This document shows, in pieces, positions 35,503-41,222 of a stretch of DNA of 41,222 bases. Origin of the DNA: a phage; the sequence record NC_105863.1. One strand, given 5' to 3'. Position 1 is the first letter of the stretch. Every line of letters begins with the position of its first letter. The notes beneath the pieces are model-generated. The model was not told where the DNA came from. It made no database searches and saw only the letters and a list, made by a program, of their open reading frames with translations. The translations under genes were made by a program, and so were the position numbers.

Positions 35503-35532
35503 TTGAAAGTTCTTGACACATGTTTGTATAAT
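35503..35532 (+). promoter_or_regulatory. sigma70-like promoter for rightward transcription (TTGAAA -18- TATAAT)
   Basis: Consensus -10 TATAAT at 35527-35532; divergent from 35437-35465. Confidence 0.5.
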
Positions 35533-35559
35533 GGTTTTGGGACTTGTATATATTACGGA

Positions 35560-35591
35560 GTTGACGAACCCTCCCCGAGGGATTCGTCAAC
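35560..35591 (+). promoter_or_regulatory. long imperfect inverted repeat / hairpin in rightward leader (GTTGACGAACCCTC-CCC-GAGGGaTTCGTCAAC)
   Basis: 14-bp stem with one bulge, no T-run; lies in a 350-bp noncoding AT-rich region. Confidence 0.4.
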
Positions 35592-35824
35592 CCCTCCCAG
35601 ACAGCTGAGATGCTTGTTTTAGGGTTTAAGGATAAGTGTATCTAAATCTCATTTAAAGAAGTAACCCACTGAAATATCTACTGTTTCTTAATGTGCCGTA
35701 GATTCGCAACCGTAAAAATGTAACGATTATTGGGCAGGCTTAAGGCCTACCCTTTAGTTACCAAGTAATAAGAATAAAGGCACAACCTTCCCTAAAGAAT
35801 CACAACGGCAACGTAACTAATCTC

Positions 35825-35853
35825 TTGCACACCCCAACATAATAGGATACTAT
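35825..35853 (+). promoter_or_regulatory. sigma70-like promoter (TTGCAC -17- TACTAT), copy of 13686-13722
   Basis: Part of 37-bp exact inverted repeat; about 35 nt upstream of gene 35888. Confidence 0.5.
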
Positions 35854-35887
35854 TCACTTATCGAAACGAGACAGAGGAGTGAGGGTT

Positions 35888-36073
35888 ATGTTTAAACGTG
35901 GTCAGTTGGTTAAATACTCCGACGATAAACACGGCATAATTGAATTAAAATCTGCTTTATTTCCAGGAAAGTACGTAGTTACCGTGCAAAATGTGAGAGG
36001 AGTAAATTCACAAATATACGTAGCGGAGGAGAACTTAAAACTCATCGGCAACAATTTTAAATTTAAAGGGTGA
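35888..36073 (+). CDS. hypothetical early protein (61 aa)
   Basis: ATG 35888 with RBS AGAGGAG (ORF track GTG 35879). Confidence 0.45.
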   Translation: MFKRGQLVKYSDDKHGIIELKSALFPGKYVVTVQNVRGVNSQIYVAEENLKLIGNNFKFKG

Positions 36074-36074
36074 A

Positions 36075-36278
36075 GTGATGGAAGAATTATTTGAAGAACT
36101 GAAACATCATGATTTCGAGGAAATATATTTCGTAGCTGAACGCTACGAGGTGCATCTGGCGGACGGTATAACGGTTATTACATCTACCAGCGAGCGAATG
36201 TTAAATAGCTTACGAGCAATACGAACGGCATCGAATCATGATGCTTGTGCCGACGACGCTGAGGGAGGTTGCCGTTAA
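36075..36278 (+). CDS. hypothetical early protein (67 aa, acidic)
   Basis: Tightly follows previous ORF. Confidence 0.4.
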   Translation: MMEELFEELKHHDFEEIYFVAERYEVHLADGITVITSTSERMLNSLRAIRTASNHDACADDAEGGCR

Positions 36279-36481
36279 TGCGAATCCGTATAACTGACCG
36301 CAGGCTTGTCCGTATAACTGACCGCAGGCTTGTCCGTATAACTGACCGCAGGCTTATAGATTTCGGTATCTCGGTAGGTGATGTTTTTCCGGCGTTCAGC
36401 ATCAACCATTATGGTTTTATGATTGAGTACAAAGGGTCGTTATTGTTCGTGTATCGGGATGAATGTGAGGTTCTGGTATGA
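36269..36481 (+). CDS. hypothetical protein with RITDRRLV x3 repeat (coding status uncertain)
   Basis: TTG-start ORF whose N-terminus is encoded by the tandem DNA repeat; supported only by ATGA coupling to the next ORF. Confidence 0.3.
   Translation: MPLMRIRITDRRLVRITDRRLVRITDRRLIDFGISVGDVFPAFSINHYGFMIEYKGSLLFVYRDECEVLV
36286..36355. repeat. tandem direct repeat, 3 copies of 24 bp (CCGTATAACTGACCGCAGGCTTGT)
   Basis: Copies at 36286-36309, 36310-36333 (identical) and 36334-36355 (22/24); both strands stay open across it. Confidence 0.9.
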
Positions 36482-36633
36482 GAGAAGCATTTGAACGGTG
36501 GGCTGTGGTCGAGGGTCTGCCGGTTAACAAGGGTTCAAAGAAAGAGTACCTGAACGTTAAGACGCGTCTCGCGTGGCGGGCGTGGAAAGCTGGTGTGCAA
36601 TCCTTGATTGAAAGAGGTGTGAGGTATGGGTGA
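36478..36633 (+). CDS. micro-ORF (51 aa)
   Basis: ATG overlapping upstream stop (ATGA); MREAFERWAVVEGLPVNKGSKKEYLNVKTRLAWRAWKAGVQSLIERGVRYG. Confidence 0.3.
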   Translation: MREAFERWAVVEGLPVNKGSKKEYLNVKTRLAWRAWKAGVQSLIERGVRYG

Positions 36634-36826
36634 GTGGATTAAGTGTAGTGAGATGCTGCCGGGTAATGGGTATACGGATAAAGAGTTCCTGGTGTATGAA
36701 ACGTTAAATAACGCAGTTCAGCACGACTATTACATAGTTCCTGATGACGGGAGAAAGCCTTTCTGGAATCACTACGATAAGTACGTGACGCACTGGATGC
36801 CGTTACCCGAGCCGCCAGAAGTGTGA
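36626..36826 (+). CDS. DUF551-like small phage protein
   Basis: 66 aa; N-terminal EWIKCSEMLP and C-terminal THWMPLPEPPE match the DUF551 pattern as I recall it. Confidence 0.45.
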   Translation: MGEWIKCSEMLPGNGYTDKEFLVYETLNNAVQHDYYIVPDDGRKPFWNHYDKYVTHWMPLPEPPEV

Positions 36827-36960
36827 TGTTCAATAGTTTGGGATTTTACTGAGTGACTTACGCTGCTACACAGCAGCGTACAACTTTAACTTAGTGTCGT
36901 CAAAAGGCGACACTTTCATCAAACGCAACAATCTAAGCGGCTATTGCAGGAGATGCAACA

Positions 36961-37134
36961 ATGATTACTAAAGAACAGGCTGAACGACTAATCACGTTAA
37001 TCGACACGATGGTTGATGCTAAAACCGATTTAGCAACGGCGACAGAGGAATCCGCTACCTGGTCGCTTGAAGAAAGAGAGGCAGAAGCGGAAAGGGAGTT
37101 ACTGGCGTTCATCGACTCTGTAACACACCAATAA
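36961..37134 (+). CDS. small hypothetical protein (57 aa)
   Basis: ATG 36961 with RBS AGGAG; below cutoff; coordinates approximate (counted by hand). Confidence 0.3.
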   Translation: MITKEQAERLITLIDTMVDAKTDLATATEESATWSLEEREAEAERELLAFIDSVTHQ

Positions 37135-37141
37135 AATTTAC

Positions 37142-37170
37142 TTGCACACTAAGATAGAATAGGCTACTAT
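37142..37170 (+). promoter_or_regulatory. sigma70-like promoter (TTGCAC -17- TACTAT), third member of TACTATTCA family
   Basis: Same -35 and -10 hexamers as 35825-35853, with related spacer (AATAGGcTACTATTCA). Confidence 0.5.
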
Positions 37171-37201
37171 TCATTTACACAAACGAGAGGGGAGACAGAA
37201 T

Positions 37202-37330
37202 ATGAAAGATTATAGCGAAGTAACTTTAGGTGAGTTGCAGGACGAGTACGAAGATATGCGCTACCCGTTCATCTGCGACGGGGACTACAACGGCGTCTAT
37301 AACGGGGTGAGCGAAGAATATGAACACTAA
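37202..37330 (+). CDS. micro-ORF (42 aa, acidic)
   Basis: RBS GAGAGGGGAG upstream of ATG 37202; coordinates approximate. Confidence 0.25.
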   Translation: MKDYSEVTLGELQDEYEDMRYPFICDGDYNGVYNGVSEEYEH

Positions 37331-37799
37331 AAACGAAATATTCGAGTACCTGATCGACCAGCTACGGCAGCAGGTAAATAACAGCCGGAGCGAAGACCTG
37401 GCGCATGAGGTGCAGTCACTTAAGAATCAGTTACGTGATGCGTCAGAACATATTAAGGAGTTGCATAAGGCGTTGGCTACAGCTACAGGTGACATAGGCG
37501 CTTATATAGCAGCAGAGCAATCTGGTTGCCGTAAGGAAGATACTCAGTACAACGCCTGGAGGCCGCATTATGGTGCACGACAACCTGTGCCGGATGGGAC
37601 TATGGTATTTATCCGGTATCGCAACGGGGTGGAGCCGAAACACAGTGTAGCAGCAGAAAAGCGGTCGTGGATTTGGGATGGAACATACGCAGACATAGTG
37701 GAATACAAGATTGACACACAGGAATGTGAACATGACTATCGTTTGGTTCTGTGGTGTAGCGACTTACAGCAGTGCTCTAAATGCGGGGTGATCAAATGA
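37320..37799 (+). CDS. hypothetical protein with N-terminal coiled coil and C-terminal CEHDYRL..CxxCG motif
   Basis: 159 aa; C-terminus ECEHDYRLVLWCSDLQQCSKCG shared with ORF 40064-40312. Confidence 0.45.
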   Translation: MNTKNEIFEYLIDQLRQQVNNSRSEDLAHEVQSLKNQLRDASEHIKELHKALATATGDIGAYIAAEQSGCRKEDTQYNAWRPHYGARQPVPDGTMVFIRYRNGVEPKHSVAAEKRSWIWDGTYADIVEYKIDTQECEHDYRLVLWCSDLQQCSKCGVIK

Positions 37800-37999
37800 C
37801 CAGCATATTATTTATCTGGGTACTGTCCGCGGGCCAGATGCAACTCACGGCATCAGAAACGTTTTATTCGATGGAGGCGTGCCAGTCTGCGGCACGCGCC
37901 GCAGAGAACGCACACTTCCTGTTTCAGGGCGACAAGCCCAACGATTCAGAGGTACGCGCTATCTGCTCACCTAAGCGACTTGGTAAACAGGAGAAATAA
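37796..37999 (+). CDS. small protein with hydrophobic N-terminus (possible secreted/membrane)
   Basis: ATG 37796 overlaps upstream stop (ATGA); MTSILFIWVLSAGQ.. N-terminus. Confidence 0.35.
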   Translation: MTSILFIWVLSAGQMQLTASETFYSMEACQSAARAAENAHFLFQGDKPNDSEVRAICSPKRLGKQEK

Positions 38000-38292
38000 T
38001 GTCGTTAGCAACTGACATCCTGAAACGAAGCGGCCTTGCGCCGCTGTCGCCGAGAGCTAAAACACAGATATACAAGCGCCGCCGTAATGCGCTGTACCCG
38101 GAGATTCAGACCAGACGCAAAGCTATCCGCGCCTGTGGATTCCAGAACGGGAAGGCCGTGAATCTCGGTGAGTTCAAGACAAAGGAACGCGCCGCTATCG
38201 CTAATAGGCTATTTAATTACTGGAAATCGCTGGGGTACGATGATATTCCAACGAAACCGCAGAGACGACAATACATATGGAGACACAAATAA
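37999..38292 (+). CDS. hypothetical basic protein (97 aa)
   Basis: ORF with TAATG overlap on upstream gene. Confidence 0.4.
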   Translation: MSLATDILKRSGLAPLSPRAKTQIYKRRRNALYPEIQTRRKAIRACGFQNGKAVNLGEFKTKERAAIANRLFNYWKSLGYDDIPTKPQRRQYIWRHK

Positions 38293-38367
38293 ACCGTTAT
38301 TAGGATAATTCCTACCCGTGGTATCCTCCAGTTACTGCATACTTAATACGCACCCGGAGGATTCATC

Positions 38368-38676
38368 TTGGATAAATTTACTGAAACAGTGACGGGGTGG
38401 CTTCTCGCTGCCGCACTGGTCGGAGGGGTTATAGGACTACGACAACATAAGTCCGTTATCTCCGGCCCTATCGACGGCTTCTGCTTTATTGCAACGGGCT
38501 TCACCAGCGCCGTATTTGGCGCACCTCTTGCGGCTCAATGGTTTGGTATTACCGGTGAGCGCGAGATAGCTGGCCTCGGATTCATCATTGCCATTCTCTG
38601 GATGCCTATCTATTCCCGCCTTTCTGGCATCGTATCGGGCGGCGATATTGCCCGCCCAGGAGGACCGCATGACTGA
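38368..38676 (+). CDS. holin (three predicted TM helices), TTG start
   Basis: TTG 38368 preceded by GGAGG at 7 nt; three hydrophobic segments; directly upstream of endolysin. Confidence 0.55.
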   Translation: MDKFTETVTGWLLAAALVGGVIGLRQHKSVISGPIDGFCFIATGFTSAVFGAPLAAQWFGITGEREIAGLGFIIAILWMPIYSRLSGIVSGGDIARPGGPHD

Positions 38677-38941
38677 GTTATTCTGGTTTGTCGTAATGCT
38701 GGCAATGGGCGCTTCGTCCCTGTTCAACGTGTATAATGAACGCGTGGACGACGGGCTGTTCGGGCGTGTTCTCTATATCCTGACTGCTATCGTCTGTGCC
38801 GCCGGATGTATTCACCTGTTACAGGGCAGCATGTCGCCTACGCTGCCTGAGACATTAATCACATTAGTCGCGCTGCGCCAGATTCGCCAGGCGTGGCTGT
38901 CATACGGAGGGCATAAGCGTGTCTCGAAATATTTCAGATAA
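38669..38941 (+). CDS. second lysis-associated membrane protein (two TM; holin/antiholin candidate)
   Basis: ATG 38669 with RBS AGGAGG; 90 aa; overlaps holin 3' end and endolysin 5' end. Confidence 0.45.
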   Translation: MTELFWFVVMLAMGASSLFNVYNERVDDGLFGRVLYILTAIVCAAGCIHLLQGSMSPTLPETLITLVALRQIRQAWLSYGGHKRVSKYFR

Positions 38942-39407
38942 TGGATTGCATTTCTGCGCCGCGTTCGAGGGATTCCGCGGAACTGCGTATCGCGCTACGC
39001 CGAACGAGAAGTACCTGACTATTGGTTATGGTCACTACGGGCCAGACGTAACACCAGGTAAGACCATCACACCAGGACAAGGCCTCCTGTTACTGAATCG
39101 CGATATGGCTAAGGCCGTAGCTGCGGTCGATGCAGCAGCACACCATTCGCTGACACAGGCACAGTTCGACGCTGTGTGTGACCTGGTGTATAACGCAGGT
39201 GCTGGCGTGATTGCGTCTACTACGGGCACAGGCAAGGCACTGCGTTCTGGTGCTATTACGACGCTGCGGGCTAAGCTGGCGCTGTTCATCAACCAGAACG
39301 GCAAACCGTTACTTGGCCTGCGTCGCCGTACCGCAGGACGTCTGGCATTGTTCGACGGTAAACCGTGGCAGGAGGCTGAGGCAATCGGGCGTGCGGTGAA
39401 AGGTTGA
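38919..39407 (+). CDS. endolysin, T4-type lysozyme (glycoside hydrolase family 24)
   Basis: N-terminal catalytic signature AAFEGFRGTAYRATPNEKYLTIGYGHYG; GTG start with RBS GGAGG. Confidence 0.8.
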   Translation: MSRNISDNGLHFCAAFEGFRGTAYRATPNEKYLTIGYGHYGPDVTPGKTITPGQGLLLLNRDMAKAVAAVDAAAHHSLTQAQFDAVCDLVYNAGAGVIASTTGTGKALRSGAITTLRAKLALFINQNGKPLLGLRRRTAGRLALFDGKPWQEAEAIGRAVKG

Positions 39408-39471
39408 CACCTAAGACTAATCCGACGATACTTAAATCACCTCCTGTTCCATCCCTCTGCTCTCCAGTTTT

Positions 39472-39504
39472 ATCCCGGCCCTGACCCAGCCGGGATTTTT
39501 TTTA
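39472..39504 (+). terminator. rho-independent terminator (ATCCCGG..CCGGGAT + T8)
   Basis: 7-bp stem followed by eight T after endolysin gene. Confidence 0.6.
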
Positions 39505-39587
39505 TCTATCTTCCGCAATGACTAGTTGACTATTACTCTCACACCAATTATATTTACTCCATCGACAACGAGAACGGAGTAGAGAAG

Positions 39588-39737
39588 ATGAAAATCACAG
39601 ATACCGAAGCATTCAAAGATGCGCAACTGATGGCACGCATCGCCGTTAGTAACCTGAGCAACAGCATTCCTGCGGACGCGTTCTGGTTCGCCGCGATGCA
39701 GACACTGAAAGCAGCTTATGCAGGAGAGAAGAAATGA
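39588..39737 (+). CDS. small hypothetical protein (49 aa)
   Basis: ATG with RBS; chain of ATGA-coupled small ORFs follows. Confidence 0.3.
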   Translation: MKITDTEAFKDAQLMARIAVSNLSNSIPADAFWFAAMQTLKAAYAGEKK

Positions 39738-39889
39738 GCGAACAAGGTCAGATAAGCCAACCGTTACGCGTAGGTCGTAAAGTAAGTCACACTCCGTTCC
39801 CGACACGCGAGGAACTGATGAAACGTAACAGTTTCCCTGGGCCGGACAAGAACAAGTATCTCAATCGCATGTGGGGAGAGAAGAAATGA
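39734..39889 (+). CDS. small hypothetical protein (51 aa)
   Basis: ATGA-coupled; below cutoff. Confidence 0.3.
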   Translation: MSEQGQISQPLRVGRKVSHTPFPTREELMKRNSFPGPDKNKYLNRMWGEKK

Positions 39890-40071
39890 CTGACCGTGAA
39901 TACGAAAAGATGATGGTAGAGGCTGTTAACGGCGGCGTAGACATCGGTCACGTGATGCACGTCCTGAATACTAAAATCGCAGTAGCTGAGCAGATGGTTG
40001 AGTCGCTTTACGGGACACGCCGTGAACTGATTAACCGCTTCAACCTGAACAAGGGTGATACCAATGCCTAA
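39886..40071 (+). CDS. small hypothetical protein (61 aa)
   Basis: ATG 39886 overlapping upstream stop (ORF track 39871). Confidence 0.4.
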   Translation: MTDREYEKMMVEAVNGGVDIGHVMHVLNTKIAVAEQMVESLYGTRRELINRFNLNKGDTNA

Positions 40072-40312
40072 AATCACAATCGCATCACTCGAACGCCGTA
40101 TTATGGTGCTCGAGTCAGAGAAACAGACGTTAGGCGGGCAACTGTCGATTAACGGTGAGTACCAGTTAGCCGCATTTAAGGTTCTTCTCATGTTGTTGAG
40201 AGGAGAAGAGGAAAAGATGAACGCCTGCGAGCATGATTACCGCCTGCATTTAGTTGATGGGGTGCATCGAGCCACATGCTTAAAATGCGGTAAAGCGTAT
40301 GGAGTCGCCTAA
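40064..40312 (+). CDS. hypothetical protein with C-terminal CEHDYRL..CxxCG motif
   Basis: C-terminus ACEHDYRLHLVDGVHRATCLKCGKA parallels 37320-37799 ORF. Confidence 0.45.
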   Translation: MPKITIASLERRIMVLESEKQTLGGQLSINGEYQLAAFKVLLMLLRGEEEKMNACEHDYRLHLVDGVHRATCLKCGKAYGVA

Positions 40313-40481
40313 ACCAGTAGTAATTGATGGTGTCCTGTGGAAACCCTACTCGGTTAACCATATCGACGCCGACGGGAAGAAGTTTAGTTTCTACATTTTT
40401 GCAATTAGCCGTGAGCACGCCGCCTGTGTGGTCGACGATATACGAGAAACGGCGGGGCTTGGTGATGAGATAGTGGGGTGA
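40299..40481 (+). CDS. small hypothetical protein (60 aa)
   Basis: ORF-track ORF in operon of coupled small genes. Confidence 0.35.
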   Translation: MESPKPVVIDGVLWKPYSVNHIDADGKKFSFYIFAISREHAACVVDDIRETAGLGDEIVG

Positions 40482-40483
40482 TT

Positions 40484-40654
40484 ATGTTCAGTGACATTAA
40501 CGCGGCAATCGAAGAAGCAATCTGGCGTCGTTACAACGGCGAGCAACAACGGCACTTTTGCCTGGTGCAACGCGGTAACATGGTTGCCGTAGTGCAGGAC
40601 CGCGATAACAAATATCCGAATGCGATGTGGACAACGAGGAATTTCTTAGGATGA
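40484..40654 (+). CDS. small hypothetical protein (56 aa)
   Basis: ATG 40484; coordinates approximate. Confidence 0.3.
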   Translation: MFSDINAAIEEAIWRRYNGEQQRHFCLVQRGNMVAVVQDRDNKYPNAMWTTRNFLG

Positions 40655-40887
40655 TTACCAGCATTCCAAACCTGATTAAAGAATACGGCACGATGGCTGA
40701 GACATGCCGACAAACCGGCATCAACGAAATGACGATTGCCAAGTACAGCAAAGACGTTAACTGCGAGCGCCATGTAATTTATAACAACCGTCTGATGACG
40801 CACGTTAAGACAAGCCCGGTGTTATTCACGCGCAGGGGTATCACTAAAACTGAGCAACGTATTGCTAAAGAGGAGAGCGGGGAATGA
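40651..40887 (+). CDS. small HTH-containing protein
   Basis: AETCRQTGINEMTIAKYSKD resembles an HTH; ATGA-coupled. Confidence 0.4.
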   Translation: MITSIPNLIKEYGTMAETCRQTGINEMTIAKYSKDVNCERHVIYNNRLMTHVKTSPVLFTRRGITKTEQRIAKEESGE

Positions 40888-41042
40888 TTAGTATTCTGGA
40901 GTTCATCGACAACCAAGTTTGGTACGAGCCAGAGTTAAATAAGTATTCAGTTAATGGGAAAATATTTCGGCGCAAAGGCCAGGCGGAGCGTTACGCAGCT
41001 AAACTATACCGTCAGCTTGTCAAGGATGGTTTCTTCAAATGA
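40884..41042 (+). CDS. small hypothetical protein (52 aa)
   Basis: ATGA-coupled; coordinates approximate. Confidence 0.3.
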   Translation: MISILEFIDNQVWYEPELNKYSVNGKIFRRKGQAERYAAKLYRQLVKDGFFK

Positions 41043-41143
41043 GACTACTAATCATCCCTAACGCCCGGGCCATTCCCGTAGCTAACGACCATTACGGCGG
41101 CGACGGTAAAAGAGCACCACGCCACGACCTATACAACTGATAC

Positions 41144-41168
41144 AAGCCCTCTACCGAGGGCTTTTCTG
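41144..41168 (+). terminator. rho-independent terminator (AGCCCTC-TACC-GAGGGCT + TTTTC)
   Basis: Hairpin plus T-run after the small-gene operon. Confidence 0.5.
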
Positions 41169-41196
41169 TACATCCTGCCCAATCACCTTATATAAT
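41167..41196 (+). promoter_or_regulatory. candidate promoter (TGTACA -18- TATAAT) near window end
   Basis: Consensus -10 TATAAT at 41191-41196 with weak -35; would face the terminase genes if the genome is circular or permuted. Confidence 0.3.
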
Positions 41197-41222
41197 CCCT
41201 TTAGACGCGTAGGGCGCGTCTG

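Noticed and set aside
35223-35519. Long form (98 aa) of the HTH protein as given by the ORF track
   Set aside because: The upstream extension runs through the predicted leftward promoter and lacks an RBS; internal ATG at 35405 has AGGAGA RBS and yields a compact HTH protein.
35600-35820. Possible tRNA gene in the AT-rich leader
   Set aside because: No GTTCGAATC-type T-loop or cloverleaf-compatible segments found by eye; would need tRNAscan-SE to exclude formally.
36286-36355. Possible CRISPR array
   Set aside because: Three directly abutting 24-bp repeats with no spacers; tandem repeat, not CRISPR.
36184-36405. 73-aa minus-strand ORF across the tandem repeat
   Set aside because: Open frame is a by-product of stop-free repeat DNA; antisense to the rightward early operon.
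1-41222. Integrase / lysogeny module
   Set aside because: No tyrosine or serine recombinase-like ORF and no attP-like region were recognised; the HTH regulators alone are insufficient evidence for temperate lifestyle.

Overview
The window reads as a nearly complete, densely coded genome of a tailed dsDNA siphovirus-type phage, about 41 kb, with three transcriptional blocks. (1) Plus strand, 1-23829: packaging and virion genes in canonical order (small and large terminase, portal, head morphogenesis, scaffold, major capsid, head-tail joining, major tail, tail chaperones, tape measure, minor tail/tip proteins, and a 984-aa tailspike with sialidase-like Asp-boxes and a C-terminal auto-cleaving chaperone domain). 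(2) Minus strand, 35405 down to 23858: early/replication genes (primase-helicase, Cas4-like PD-(D/E)XK nuclease, DUF2815-like protein, family-A DNA polymerase, VRR-NUC nuclease, compact C5-cytosine methyltransferase, SNF2 helicase). (3) Plus strand, 35888-41042: small early genes plus a holin/endolysin cassette. Gene content and order resemble Jersey-/K1G-like (Guernseyvirinae) enterobacterial phages, but that is inference from memory, not a search result. The items I would look at first are: (a) a reverse-oriented kinase / HAD phosphatase / metallophosphoesterase cassette with its own promoter inserted inside the tail-gene block; (b) a 37-bp perfect inverted repeat that duplicates a promoter at 13686-13722 and 35824-35860; (c) a family of promoters carrying palindromic AACTAT..ATAGTT cores; (d) an overlapped spanin pair located about 33 kb from the holin/endolysin genes; (e) several translationally coupled micro-ORFs below the 60-aa ORF-track cutoff; (f) a 3 x 24 bp tandem repeat. 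No integrase, tRNA or CRISPR array was seen. All product calls rest on motifs, synteny and composition read by eye; no database search was run.
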